This document shows positions 1 through 9,968 of a stretch of 64,000 bases of DNA, in pieces. The translations under genes were made by a program, and so were the position numbers. The notes under the pieces were generated by a model that did no database searches, was not told the origin of the DNA, and was given only the letters and a program-made list of their open reading frames with translations. This stretch comes from a virus, in IMG/VR virus record IMGVR_UViG_3300046169_000120, positions 61,692 through 125,691 of that record; one strand, 5' to 3'. Every line of letters starts with the position of its first letter. The first letter of the stretch is position 1.

Positions 1-88
1 GGGCTTGAATAGAGTACATATTTTTAAAACCACAATGAGGACAATATGAGAAAGCCATAATATATTTATATTATAGCTTAAAATATAA

Positions 89-679
89 TTATATCAAATA
101 ACCGCTAATTACGCGTGCTTGTTTTTTTACAAATTCTTCAGCTTCTTCTCCCCATGCGCGATTTTCCTTAACATAATCCAGTACAATCACACCAAGAATA
201 CGACCATTTAATGTTTTAATAGGTCGTGCAAATATACTTTTAACACCCTTTTCCTCAAGAAATGATTTGAGTGTTATATCTTCTGTATATTCTTGTAGAT
301 TTTGACATATAAATGTTTCCTCCTTGGCAATATTTTTTACTAATCCGTGGAAATTTGATGTTCGAATGTTTTGCAATTTGTGGCATTCTGCACTAATTCC
401 TTCACTAACCACCTCATATGTGCAACTCAATTTTTGTTGACTGCGTCCTGAAAAATAATGCTCCCCATTATGAAACTCAAGAACATACACTCGATCAGCT
501 TCAGTTTCCTGCTGAAGGTATTCAATCGCCGTGATTACATTGTTATGGTGGCCTGGGTCATACTGAAATTGTTTACTCTTTTTTTCGTCATACTTCATCT
601 TGAAATATATACCGAATACTGCAGTAGCTGCAGAAACTACGCCTGTTAAAACACTAATTATATCAAGCCCACTATTCAT
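89..679 (-). CDS. Single-TM protein with C-terminal GAF-like domain; candidate T4 gpT-type holin
   Basis: N-terminal hydrophobic helix (IISVLTGVVSAATAVFGIYF), then GAF-like motifs ADRVYVLEF...GVKSIFARPIKTLNGRILGVIVLDY; adjacent to other membrane ORFs. Confidence 0.55.
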   Translation of the reverse strand: MNSGLDIISVLTGVVSAATAVFGIYFKMKYDEKKSKQFQYDPGHHNNVITAIEYLQQETEADRVYVLEFHNGEHYFSGRSQQKLSCTYEVVSEGISAECHKLQNIRTSNFHGLVKNIAKEETFICQNLQEYTEDITLKSFLEEKGVKSIFARPIKTLNGRILGVIVLDYVKENRAWGEEAEEFVKKQARVISGYLI

Positions 680-903
680 TTTTTAATTAATTTCGACGAG
701 AGGGTCAAAAGCATAACCGATCCTATTATAATTGAGAACCATAATAAGGGCCCATAAACATCAAGCTTTTGCAATTCATCACTAATATATGATACATTAT
801 TTTCTTGCAGAGGAGAAGCTTTTTCCGCTATTTCTTGCGGTTTCTGTATGATTTTTTTTACGCAACCACTAAATAATAAAAAAAATAAATATATATACTT
901 CAT
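676..903 (-). CDS. Small lipoprotein/membrane protein (spanin-like candidate)
   Basis: Lipobox-like LFSGC after a hydrophobic leader, plus a C-terminal TM helix; overlaps neighbours by 4 nt. Confidence 0.4.
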   Translation of the reverse strand: MKYIYLFFLLFSGCVKKIIQKPQEIAEKASPLQENNVSYISDELQKLDVYGPLLWFSIIIGSVMLLTLSSKLIKK

Positions 904-1334
904 CTGCGTTTACTTGGTATCGCATAAAATCCAACAACCATAAAACACAAATCCATAAAACTTGCCAACATTAACCCTCCAGTCATTTTGATCATCTCCC
1001 AATCTTTACCTCCAAACAACCAACTAGCAAAACCCAATCGACCACCATCTCCTTTGGGCACGATAAGGCTGTATTCTATTTGTGGATTCATTGCATAATA
1101 GATCATCAAAAAACACATAGTGAAAGTGATGCTCATAAATAATATTCTACGTGTCACTTTAACAAAAGGATCACTGCTATTTTTTTCTTGACTGTCGATC
1201 AATGCTTTTAACATTGTTTCGTCTCTTGCCGCGAGCGCCAATTGATCTTGACGTTTTTGCTCAAGCCATGCATTCAATAAATTACAACCGAGCTTTATTC
1301 CGGCACCTATGATAGTGTTTAATATTGGTCCCAT
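900..1334 (-). CDS. Membrane protein, holin-like (3-TM type)
   Basis: Amphipathic N-terminus and two or more hydrophobic helices; GTGTA-N9-ATG motif upstream. Confidence 0.45.
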   Translation of the reverse strand: MGPILNTIIGAGIKLGCNLLNAWLEQKRQDQLALAARDETMLKALIDSQEKNSSDPFVKVTRRILFMSITFTMCFLMIYYAMNPQIEYSLIVPKGDGGRLGFASWLFGGKDWEMIKMTGGLMLASFMDLCFMVVGFYAIPSKRR

Positions 1335-1343
1335 GATATTTTA

Positions 1344-1361
1344 TACACTTTGTTTAGTGTA
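1344..1361. promoter_or_regulatory. Back-to-back divergent GTGTA promoter-like motifs
   Basis: TACAC at 1344-1348 is 9 nt before the ATG at 1334 (-); GTGTA at 1357-1361 is 9 nt before the ATG at 1371 (+). Confidence 0.65.
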
Positions 1362-1370
1362 ATATATAAT

Positions 1371-1982
1371 ATGAATAAATATGCTTACTATAAATTGCTG
1401 CTGGTTTTAGGAATATTCACTGTTAGTGTTTGGATATTAACATCTTGCCTAAAAACAGATCTAAGTCAAATCAAAAATATACCCACTCAAAAGGAATATA
1501 AATCGAAAATAATATATCATAAAGATTTAGGATATTATTTTAATCGACAAAAAAGTTTTAATAGTGTTCAAACACAAGTTCCAACAGACATTCAAATGTT
1601 GATGCTTGACTCAAAATATCAACCATTAGATTACTTTTTTTGGAGAAAATTTAATAGTTGGTTTAAAGACTTAAAGTTTCAAAATGGAATCATGGCGGGC
1701 GTAGACAATAGCGAAGCTTGGGATTGCGATAACTTTGCTATGCTTTACAAATCACTTGCCAGTATATCCGCCTACAAAGGTAATGGAAATGTAGACAGCG
1801 CAGTCGGACTTGTGACTGTTTTACAAATCAATGAATTTGGAGGTGTTCCTGCTGGAGGTCTGCACATGTTAAACATTGTATTCACTTCAAAAAATTGGTA
1901 TATATTTGAACCGCAAACAGGAGAATTCATAGAATTGCACAAATATCCAAATCAAAAGTACATACAATACATTATAATGTAA
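1371..1982 (+). CDS. Membrane-anchored transglutaminase/papain-like cysteine protease domain protein
   Basis: WDCDNFA...HMLNIV...WYIFEPQTG gives a Cys-His-Glu arrangement; N-terminal TM; start moved to 1371 on the GTGTA-N9-ATG motif. Confidence 0.6.
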   Translation: MNKYAYYKLLLVLGIFTVSVWILTSCLKTDLSQIKNIPTQKEYKSKIIYHKDLGYYFNRQKSFNSVQTQVPTDIQMLMLDSKYQPLDYFFWRKFNSWFKDLKFQNGIMAGVDNSEAWDCDNFAMLYKSLASISAYKGNGNVDSAVGLVTVLQINEFGGVPAGGLHMLNIVFTSKNWYIFEPQTGEFIELHKYPNQKYIQYIIM

Positions 1983-2012
1983 AAAATGTAAAGAATGTGT
2001 AATATACATCAT

Positions 2013-2204
2013 ATGTCACAACGAAACATCCTAGAAACACTTAGTAAAAATCTAAACTCTTATCAGTCAACATGTTGGCTAAAAACAGAAAACGCAAAAT
2101 TAAATGGCGCGACTCCTGCAGAATTGATGATGGAAAATAAACTTGACAAAGTGTCAAAAATATTGCCCGACGAAATTAAAAGAATAAAAAGTAAAAAAAA
2201 CTAA
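2013..2204 (+). CDS. Orphan Xre/MbcA/ParS-type antitoxin toxin-binding domain protein
   Basis: WLKTENAKLNGATPAELMMENKLDKV matches the family pattern WL..PN..L.G..P..LL. Confidence 0.6.
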   Translation: MSQRNILETLSKNLNSYQSTCWLKTENAKLNGATPAELMMENKLDKVSKILPDEIKRIKSKKN

Positions 2205-2218
2205 TTTTTTCTTACAGG

Positions 2219-2884
2219 TTACGGTCTGAGTGCTCCCTGGATAGTCGCAGTGAATTTCATTTGATTCGCAGCTAAAAATGAGCCTACAGAAGTAGGGTTG
2301 TCGCTGCTACTTGATATCATAATTTTTACTTTATTGGACACGCTAGTGTCTAAACTTATAGAATATGTTGTGCGAAGATCTATATCTGGACTAGTTATTC
2401 CTGATGGCGAAGTTGGACTCTTATAAATATAAGTAAAATTAGCAATATTAAATTCTTGGGAGACTCCACCTATCTGAAAATCATTGATTTGATCTGATCC
2501 TCCGCTTTTTGTATATTTATATGAAAATTGAGATCCTACTGTTGGAGCAGCAATAGTCCATTGATTTGGTTGAGTAGCATGCATTGATCCGTGAGAAACA
2601 ATTTCTGCAGTTACATCCAAAGAAAAAGAAGATCCTGATGAAATCAGATTATTCTCATTAAATTCTATCAATCCAACGTGCGAAAGTGATGAACTGGTAC
2701 TAGCGAAAACGGTCGCGTTTTTGGAATCAACGTATGGTTGTGTTTCTTGAAGCGCTGTGAATAAATCACCTGCGATCATACGAAATGTTCCTCCTCCAGG
2801 TGTTTGTATAATAACAAAGTCACTACTGGGCTGAAAGCTTGATTGTGAGAGTAACGGTAAATCTTCTATTCTTTTGTCGGCCAT
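2219..2884 (-). CDS. Putative virion/tail structural protein
   Basis: N-terminal MADKRIEDLP motif typical of tail proteins and shared with 3475..4464; Ser/Thr-rich beta content. Confidence 0.5.
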   Translation of the reverse strand: MADKRIEDLPLLSQSSFQPSSDFVIIQTPGGGTFRMIAGDLFTALQETQPYVDSKNATVFASTSSSLSHVGLIEFNENNLISSGSSFSLDVTAEIVSHGSMHATQPNQWTIAAPTVGSQFSYKYTKSGGSDQINDFQIGGVSQEFNIANFTYIYKSPTSPSGITSPDIDLRTTYSISLDTSVSNKVKIMISSSSDNPTSVGSFLAANQMKFTATIQGALRP

Positions 2885-2944
2885 ATCATATGGTACACAA
2901 TTTTATTTTTTTATAAATTATATTTTTTTGTGTATTATATATTC

Positions 2945-3136
2945 ATGAATGACGCGCTAGGAAAAATAAGTATTTTATTGTTGCTTTTTTACATGGGATG
3001 GTTTATACTAGATCAAAATAAATTAATACAAAATCAACGCGAAACAATTCAATCCATGAAGACTCAACTGTTTCTAGATGAAATAATATTAAAAGAATAT
3101 CAAAAAAAATTTAAAACACAGAGCAAATACTTATAA
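2945..3136 (+). CDS. Small TM + coiled-coil protein
   Basis: Hydrophobic N-terminus then heptad pattern; GTGTA-N10-ATG upstream. Confidence 0.5.
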   Translation: MNDALGKISILLLLFYMGWFILDQNKLIQNQRETIQSMKTQLFLDEIILKEYQKKFKTQSKYL

Positions 3137-3142
3137 TACAAC

Positions 3143-3460
3143 ATGACAGATCAAAACAATCAAACAAACGAAGATAATACAAACAATTTATCAATCGAAC
3201 GTAAAAATGCTGCTATTGTATTAGCAAATGAATTTATGGGACAAGCTACTCTTGGAGAAGCTCTTTCTCAAGTATCCTTGAACGCACTCATTCAACTCGC
3301 TCAAAACAAAGCTGTTGAGCAAGGACAACAACAAGTTCAAGAAATGACTGATGAACAAGTCGATCAATTGCTTGAAGTTGTGGCCCAAAAACAACAACAA
3401 ACAGAAGCTGCCGCACAACAAGCAGTAAGTGACGTTTCAAAACAAACAGCAACCTCTTAA
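3143..3460 (+). CDS. Hypothetical Gln-rich helical protein
   Basis: ORF in frame-coupled run with the tail genes. Confidence 0.55.
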   Translation: MTDQNNQTNEDNTNNLSIERKNAAIVLANEFMGQATLGEALSQVSLNALIQLAQNKAVEQGQQQVQEMTDEQVDQLLEVVAQKQQQTEAAAQQAVSDVSKQTATS

Positions 3461-3474
3461 AAACTTAAAATAAA

Positions 3475-4464
3475 ATGGCTGATAAAAAAATTACCGATCT
3501 AGTAGAGCTTAATGCAAGCGCTGCAAATGATGATTTATTGGCCATTGTTGATGCTAGTGATACTACAGGTTCTAGCGATGGAACATCTAAACAAATTACT
3601 GCTGCAAATTTATTGTCTGGTGCGCCCGACAATTCAACCCCTGTTACACTCGCCACTGTCGCAAGCAATTACTTGTCGTTGAGTGGACAACAACTTACGG
3701 CAGGTACAGTTCCAGTTTCATTGGGAGGTACAGGAGCAACAACTGCTGCCGCTGCTCGTACAAGTTTAGGTGTTGATGCATCAGGAACCGACAATTCAAC
3801 CGATGTTACGCTAGCCACTGTCGCAAGCAATTACTTGTCGTTGAGTGGACAACAACTTACGGCAGGTACAGTTCCAGTTTCATTGGGAGGTACAGGAGCA
3901 ACAACTGCTGCTGCTGCTCGTACAAGTTTAGGACTTGGAACAGCTGCAACTCAAACCGTAGGAACTTCGGCAAATAATGTTGTACAATTAGATGGATCCG
4001 CAAAATTACCTGCTGTTGATGGATCTGCATTAACCAACTTGCCAAGTCCTGATGTAAACGGACTCCTCACCACCGCCCTACGAGGCACGGACAACCCGCA
4101 CATCGGAGCGAATCCTAATCAGAGTTTCAAGGTTGTCGATAATCCGAGCAAGTCAGTCATGATCATAGCAGATGCGGACGGCAACTTGGACTTTTTGGTA
4201 AAGAGTGACTCAGCTAGTATCTACCTAAACACTCCGTCTGCTAGAAAGGCGGCTTCGTTTGGATTTAGTGTAGTCGAAGATTCGACCGAGCCTGACATTG
4301 AGGTGGTGGGTACTCTAGCTGGTGCATCTGAAAACTACTCTGTTATCTCAGGAGACTCTGACTCTAAAGGAGCAAACGGCTTACCAATTCGCCAAGGCTT
4401 TCAAAACCCCGACATAGGGGCAAATCCGGCACCGATCTTAATCTCAGGCGGTACAATCGCTTAA
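3475..4464 (+). CDS. Tail fibre protein with internal duplicated segment
   Basis: MADKKITDL start; LGGTGATTAAAARTSLG fibre motifs twice; LDGSAKLPAVDGSALTNL fibre motif; near-identical DNA duplication ~3628-3770 / ~3790-3932. Confidence 0.75.
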   Translation: MADKKITDLVELNASAANDDLLAIVDASDTTGSSDGTSKQITAANLLSGAPDNSTPVTLATVASNYLSLSGQQLTAGTVPVSLGGTGATTAAAARTSLGVDASGTDNSTDVTLATVASNYLSLSGQQLTAGTVPVSLGGTGATTAAAARTSLGLGTAATQTVGTSANNVVQLDGSAKLPAVDGSALTNLPSPDVNGLLTTALRGTDNPHIGANPNQSFKVVDNPSKSVMIIADADGNLDFLVKSDSASIYLNTPSARKAASFGFSVVEDSTEPDIEVVGTLAGASENYSVISGDSDSKGANGLPIRQGFQNPDIGANPAPILISGGTIA

Positions 4465-4492
4465 CAACATTCTAACTTAGAACACACATATT

Positions 4493-5314
4493 ATGGCAAC
4501 AGTATACATATTCAACGGCACACAAAGCGGAACCGCAGATGGTTCTTATTCAGATCCTTATGATTTATCGAACATAACAACCGCAGAATCAGACGCAGGT
4601 AGTGGTGGAATTGTTATTTTTAAAGATGGTGCGTATACAGGAACAAGTTTAACTTTTGCTGATGGTTCTTTAAATTACCCGCTTACTTATAAAGCAGAAA
4701 ATGCAAATGATGTTACCATTACTATGTCTACGAAGTTTACTTTTGGTAATACATCGTTAGCTAGTAACTTAACTTACCAAGATTTAAAATTTGTAAACTC
4801 AGCCACCAGCATTGGGGATCGAGTTGTGTTCAGGCAGTTATCTACGGATACATCGATTAGGCATTTTGCCGATCGTTGCACTTATGAGTCTTTTGTATTT
4901 GGAACTTATTTTGCCCCAGCAAGCGATCAAGAAAGATTGAGGTTAACCAACTGCGTTTATAAACACACAGGTTCATCACATTGGATGGGTCACCTTAGTG
5001 ATGCAACCGCACAAGACCTTGAATTAATTGGATGCACTATTTACTCAAGCGGTACAGGTACATCTATTTTTAATCGGTATAATGTTACATTAAAAAATAC
5101 TATTATTTTCGATCCAAATAATACAATAACAACTTGGCAATCCAACGGGTCTACTACGATAACAGGGGCTTGCGATTTAGTTAGGGCGGATGGAACTGAT
5201 TTAAAAGCAGATGCGAACAACATCGCTCAAGACCCTCAATTCGTAGACGCCGCAAACGGCGATGTACGCCTCCGCCCATCCTCTCCTTGTATCGGTGCTG
5301 GAACCGCAAGCTAA
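4493..5314 (+). CDS. Beta-helix (pectin-lyase-like) tail spike / receptor-binding protein
   Basis: GSYSDPY N-cap, beta-helix-like repeats, C-terminal DPQFVDAANGDVRLRPSSPCIGAG motif. Confidence 0.65.
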   Translation: MATVYIFNGTQSGTADGSYSDPYDLSNITTAESDAGSGGIVIFKDGAYTGTSLTFADGSLNYPLTYKAENANDVTITMSTKFTFGNTSLASNLTYQDLKFVNSATSIGDRVVFRQLSTDTSIRHFADRCTYESFVFGTYFAPASDQERLRLTNCVYKHTGSSHWMGHLSDATAQDLELIGCTIYSSGTGTSIFNRYNVTLKNTIIFDPNNTITTWQSNGSTTITGACDLVRADGTDLKADANNIAQDPQFVDAANGDVRLRPSSPCIGAGTAS

Positions 5315-5320
5315 GTAGTC

Positions 5321-6232
5321 ATGCCATTAAATAAACTGCACAAGAAGGACTTTACCATTGCGGTGAAGACGGGTACTGACGCAAATAGATCAAAGTTTTC
5401 AAAAGAATGTGTTCAAGGTGAATTGTACTTTGCTACTGATACAAAAAAAATCTATGTGGCAGAAACAACTGCTGGTGAATTTGATGCAACAATATCTGAG
5501 TTTACGTCTAGCGCAAGTGGAATAGGAGGTAGTTTCTCAAACCGTTATGCTTTACAATTGAATGGTTCCAATCAATATCTACACAGCTCAAGCACAACCC
5601 AGTCGTATTCAGTTGGTACAATTTCACTTTGGTTCAAGCTAGACTCAACTATTACCGCAACGTCATCAGTGCAGTCATTGATTGGTTTTGGGGGATCATA
5701 CACGGGTTTAGTTTTAGGCGCTGATACAGGCTTAGTTAGCAACGAGATACTTATGTTCCGTACCTCTACAGCTAATTATGCTTATACGGATGCCGCTGGC
5801 TCAATAGATACAACTTGGCATCATGTTGCGGTTACTTGGGATGGAGCAGCCTCTGAATACAAGATTTACCTAGACGGAACTCAGGTAATGAACACTAAAA
5901 CAGGCACTCATTCGCAAGCAACTATAGATGATGTAATCATAGGTTTTAGGGATGCAAATGGAGGATACTTTGACGGAATTATTGATGAAGTAGCTATTTT
6001 TAGTCAATCAATGACTGCAATAGAGGTCGCTAATCTACAAACCAACGGAAAACCAAATGCATTAAACCTTCTTACACCTCAACCGCTAAGCTGGTGGAGG
6101 ATGCTTGACAGTGAAGGTGGATCAGGCTCTTCAGTAGCTGATGATGGAACACTTACAAACGATATGGATCTTATAAATTCTCCTACTCCTCACGATTTAA
6201 GTATTGGGCCCGACTCTATTTATAAGGCATGA
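5321..6232 (+). CDS. LamG/concanavalin-A-like domain tail protein
   Basis: TISLWFK...WHHVAVTWDG...KIYLDG...YFDGIIDEVAIF LamG signature; N-terminal GELYFATDTKKIYV adaptor. Confidence 0.8.
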   Translation: MPLNKLHKKDFTIAVKTGTDANRSKFSKECVQGELYFATDTKKIYVAETTAGEFDATISEFTSSASGIGGSFSNRYALQLNGSNQYLHSSSTTQSYSVGTISLWFKLDSTITATSSVQSLIGFGGSYTGLVLGADTGLVSNEILMFRTSTANYAYTDAAGSIDTTWHHVAVTWDGAASEYKIYLDGTQVMNTKTGTHSQATIDDVIIGFRDANGGYFDGIIDEVAIFSQSMTAIEVANLQTNGKPNALNLLTPQPLSWWRMLDSEGGSGSSVADDGTLTNDMDLINSPTPHDLSIGPDSIYKA

Positions 6233-6459
6233 ACAAATTTGTAATTATAGAAACCTCAAAAGTATCTACTGTAGACTTCAACCAAGTTTTAGAAGATTCA
6301 GCAGACACGCTTCGATACTCATTCGATGGCACTAAAACATTTGTAAATTATAAAGGCGACCAACCCTCTTTCTTGGAAGGAAAATTAGAACATACTAATG
6401 CTGAAATACTTGAGATCCTAAAGGGTGACGAGTGGGCATTTTCTGCAGCGAGTGATTAA
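6229..6459 (+). CDS. Small tail-associated protein
   Basis: ATGA overlap with the LamG gene. Confidence 0.55.
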   Translation: MNKFVIIETSKVSTVDFNQVLEDSADTLRYSFDGTKTFVNYKGDQPSFLEGKLEHTNAEILEILKGDEWAFSAASD

Positions 6460-6462
6460 CAC

Positions 6463-6783
6463 TCAATCAAAACCTCTAACAAAATCAAGCAGTCTAATAA
6501 TCTCATTTAAATTATTACAATCTATACGATCTGTAATGATGTTGCACCCTTCTCTGGTTCCAATACTATATCCATCTTCTTTTTCATCTTCGCGAATCAG
6601 ATCGCTAATAAAATCGTGCGCTCCGTGAGACTTTAACCAATTCCAGTAGATTGCACGTGTTCCAAGAGGACAAACAAGCAAAATATCATCAAATATATAA
6701 GTTTTTGCATACAATGTAATATCGCGAAAACAAGAGATTTCACTGGGTGGTTCTGTTAGGCAAGATTGTATTTTTAATTGCAT
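6463..6783 (-). CDS. Hypothetical protein
   Basis: 106-aa ORF in the minus-strand run. Confidence 0.5.
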   Translation of the reverse strand: MQLKIQSCLTEPPSEISCFRDITLYAKTYIFDDILLVCPLGTRAIYWNWLKSHGAHDFISDLIREDEKEDGYSIGTREGCNIITDRIDCNNLNEIIRLLDFVRGFD

Positions 6784-6812
6784 TTATATTTTATATATAT
6801 CTGTATTATTTA

Positions 6813-8045
6813 TTAAGAATTTTGTTTTATTGGGAAAATAAATTTCGCGGTTTGTCCTGACATGATCGTATCAAGACGAGAAGTTGCTCCATGTTCATTA
6901 ACTTGTGTCCACCTAGGAATTGTATAGTTCATATCATTCCAAACCAACCCCTGCTCAAAAACATTGTCAGGTTTTTCAAAATTATCGAATATTAATTTAT
7001 GACTTTCAATTGATCCAGTACTGCGATAGACGCCATGACTTCTGGCAATTATCGCTGAAGGGTCTTGAGGTATCCAGGGGCCATTTGTTTTATTTGGAGT
7101 AGTATTTAAAGAATTCATTTCGTCCATACAAAATCTGCCATAACTATAATGGTCTGCGTTATGCCAAATTTCTTTAAATATAGAAATATCGTGGGCTGAA
7201 TTTAATTGAGAATGTTGCCACAATCCAGTCCCAGCCCCGTTCCAAGTGCTCGGAGAAAGGTAAGATAAATCACCCGTTCCAGGAGATACTTGCCCATCAG
7301 GCGTATTTTTAAACATATCATAAACCATATTCAAAACCGTCTGATCTAGTGTTGCGTGTGGAACCGGGCTGGATCCATCAAGAGCTCGACTTAAATAATC
7401 ATTTTGATGAATATAAGCAGAAACTGCAATGTGTCCAACATAATTTAGGTTACCAGATACAAGTTGATTCTTAAATGTTTCATCCATATATGTATATATG
7501 CTACGCTGGGTATAATTTACCTGACTGGGCCAGGATACTGGAGACGCCTCTCGCAGATTTGGAAATTGACCGGTAGATGCCATTTTTTTGTCTCCTCCGT
7601 CTTTATCAAGAAATACAAGTAAAACACAAACTTTTGTTTGATAATCATCTTGGTAATCCCCCGGAAATGCGCTTTGATTATAAGGCTGATAGCATTGAGA
7701 AGCATGCACAAAACCAACAACGCATTTATTCTCTTCAATAGACCATTCTCCAGACATATGATCAAATGGATTACAAGAAAAATTACCAAAAACACTCGAT
7801 GCTTTTTTTCCTAGCCGCCGATATATTACTTGTCCATTTTTTGTTGATCTTTTAAACATTTTATTTGCAAAATCTACAGTCTCTAAAGAATTATTGGTAA
7901 TTATATTTTTTATACCTTCAAAATTTGGGGTGCTTGTGGATGTGCTATAAATAAATTGACTGCCTCTTTCTTGTTTTGTATAGAACTTTTTTTTATACTC
8001 GTAATTATCACCTTCATGATTATTAAAATAGTTTTTTATATTCAT
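6813..8045 (-). CDS. Hypothetical 410-aa protein (possibly virion-associated)
   Basis: Long ORF, no recognised motif. Confidence 0.55.
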   Translation of the reverse strand: MNIKNYFNNHEGDNYEYKKKFYTKQERGSQFIYSTSTSTPNFEGIKNIITNNSLETVDFANKMFKRSTKNGQVIYRRLGKKASSVFGNFSCNPFDHMSGEWSIEENKCVVGFVHASQCYQPYNQSAFPGDYQDDYQTKVCVLLVFLDKDGGDKKMASTGQFPNLREASPVSWPSQVNYTQRSIYTYMDETFKNQLVSGNLNYVGHIAVSAYIHQNDYLSRALDGSSPVPHATLDQTVLNMVYDMFKNTPDGQVSPGTGDLSYLSPSTWNGAGTGLWQHSQLNSAHDISIFKEIWHNADHYSYGRFCMDEMNSLNTTPNKTNGPWIPQDPSAIIARSHGVYRSTGSIESHKLIFDNFEKPDNVFEQGLVWNDMNYTIPRWTQVNEHGATSRLDTIMSGQTAKFIFPIKQNS

Positions 8046-8106
8046 AATTTATTCAGCAAAAATGGAAAATTAAAGCTAATCAATTCCAGGGCAATCTGTA
8101 CGTTTC

Positions 8107-9210
8107 TCAATTGACGTTGGTTGAGTTTTTTGAACTTGTTTGATAATTACCTAAGAAAGTTGCATTGTCGGCTATCGTTCCCGAAGGTGACGCTGCGGAT
8201 GTAAAATACCAAGTATTGTTTGAACTCTTGAAGATCGCTGCTCGAAACGGAGAAGTAACACAAAAGTTACCATGAATGCTTGAAATACTCAAATTTTCTG
8301 CAGTGGTACGAGTATCACCTATGAAAGTTGCATTGTCGGCTATCGTTCCAGTAGTTGACGCTGAGGATGTAAAATACCAAGTATTGTTGGAACTTTTGAA
8401 TACCGCTGCTCGCATAGTCGAAGCAACACAAAAGTCGCCATTAGAAGCTGACAGTATACTCAACTCATCTGATAAATAAAGATTACCAATGAAAGTTGCC
8501 TGGTCGACCATCACTCCCGAACTTGTCCTTGCGGATGTAAAATACCAAGTATTGGTAGAACTTTTGAATACCGCTGCTCGATACCTAGAAGCAACACAAA
8601 AGTCGCCACTAACGTTTGTTGCAATATTCGAGTTGTTTGCACTTGTGTGCGAATTACCCAAGAAAGTCGCCTGATCGGCTATCGTTCCAGTAGTTGACGC
8701 TGAGGATGTAAAATACCAAGTATTGTTGGAACTTTTGAATACCGCTGCTCGCATAGTCGAAGTAACACAAAAGTCTCCATTAGAACTCAGCATGCTCAAC
8801 TCATCTGATAAATAAAGATTACCAATGAAAGTTGCCTGGTCGACCATCACTCCCGAACTTGTCCTTGCGGATGTAAAATACCAAGTATTGCTGGAATTTT
8901 TGAATACCGCTGCTCGATACCTAGAAGCAACACCAAAGTTGCCATCAGTATTTCCAGTACTGCCACTACTACCACTACCACCAGAAGTGTTTGATGTGTT
9001 ACTAGCTTGAACCCACGCATTTGTTGGAGATCCTAGATAAATATAAATTTCAGCAAGAGTTGTGTCAAACCATAAATCTCCCTCGCCTGGATTGCTTGGT
9101 GGAAACTGCGAAACATCAACGGTTGCTCCGCTCAAAATTAGTTCATTTATTTTGTTTCGGATTTCATTAACGCCGACTTGTTGTTGGTCGCCTGGAAGTT
9201 GGTTTACCAT
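8107..9210 (-). CDS. Tail-fibre-anchored protein with five ~55-aa beta-rich repeats
   Basis: PPSNPGEGDLWFDT fibre motif, G/S linker, 5x (G.FCV.S..RAAVFKSS.NTWYFTSA...G...DQATF.GN). Confidence 0.65.
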   Translation of the reverse strand: MVNQLPGDQQQVGVNEIRNKINELILSGATVDVSQFPPSNPGEGDLWFDTTLAEIYIYLGSPTNAWVQASNTSNTSGGSGSSGSTGNTDGNFGVASRYRAAVFKNSSNTWYFTSARTSSGVMVDQATFIGNLYLSDELSMLSSNGDFCVTSTMRAAVFKSSNNTWYFTSSASTTGTIADQATFLGNSHTSANNSNIATNVSGDFCVASRYRAAVFKSSTNTWYFTSARTSSGVMVDQATFIGNLYLSDELSILSASNGDFCVASTMRAAVFKSSNNTWYFTSSASTTGTIADNATFIGDTRTTAENLSISSIHGNFCVTSPFRAAIFKSSNNTWYFTSAASPSGTIADNATFLGNYQTSSKNSTNVN

Positions 9211-9225
9211 AATGTTTATTACACT

Positions 9226-9957
9226 TTATTTTTTCTTGCTTATTTTTTCAATTACAAATTTTAATATTTTGCTTCTTAGTATGTCTTCTGCTCCAAAATG
9301 AAATGTATGTATGCCGCGAGCTTGACTTTCTTGGTCATTGAAGATAGAATACATGTCAGCAAATCCACTTTTGCCGTTGATGTCGCTTTGCATCGGATCG
9401 CCACAGATGATCAACTTGCTGCCCTCGCCCAAACGAGTCATCAGGGTTGTCAATTCTTTGAAGGTAAAGTTTTGACTTTCATCCGCGATTACGATTTCAT
9501 CACGCCAACTTGCACCGCGAAGATAGTTGATCGGCATGCCTTTTACTATTTCTTTTTCTTTTATTGTGCTGGCTTGACCAGGAATCAATAGCTCGTCCAG
9601 CTTTTCATTCATTGGCATCATGTAAGGATTGATTTTTTCAGCCATTTCTCCAGGAAGCGCGCCGAGGCTCTTCTCGCCGCTCTCTGCGATTGTGCGTACA
9701 TATGTGATGCCGCGCTCATTGTTCATGTTGTAAAGCTGTAGAGCGCCGTATATGGCCACGTACGTCTTGCTTGTGCCCGCGGGGCCACTGATGAATATTA
9801 TTTTACTATCATTATCAAATATGATTTGTAATAATTGTTTTTGTTTTTCAGTGAGTGCAATTTTTTTAAGCTTGATGTTGGTTTTGGTTAATGATTTACG
9901 AATTTTTTCAATTTCCGCTTCATTCACGATTTCTGGTTTTTTCTTGCGTCGAGGCAT
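9226..9957 (-). CDS. phoH: PhoH-family ATPase
   Basis: GPAGTSKT Walker A, LGALPG, YLRGAS, IADESQN, GDPMQSD motifs. Confidence 0.92.
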   Translation of the reverse strand: MPRRKKKPEIVNEAEIEKIRKSLTKTNIKLKKIALTEKQKQLLQIIFDNDSKIIFISGPAGTSKTYVAIYGALQLYNMNNERGITYVRTIAESGEKSLGALPGEMAEKINPYMMPMNEKLDELLIPGQASTIKEKEIVKGMPINYLRGASWRDEIVIADESQNFTFKELTTLMTRLGEGSKLIICGDPMQSDINGKSGFADMYSIFNDQESQARGIHTFHFGAEDILRSKILKFVIEKISKKK

Positions 9958-9968
9958 GATATATATTA

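Noticed and set aside
8276-9010. Repeated plus-strand ORFs (MKVAWSTITPELVLADVKYQVL...)
   Set aside because: Antisense shadows of the repeat protein 8107..9210.
8107-9210. Diversity-generating retroelement TR/VR pair
   Set aside because: Repeats are in-frame within one gene, differences are not obviously adenine-specific, and no reverse transcriptase is in the window.
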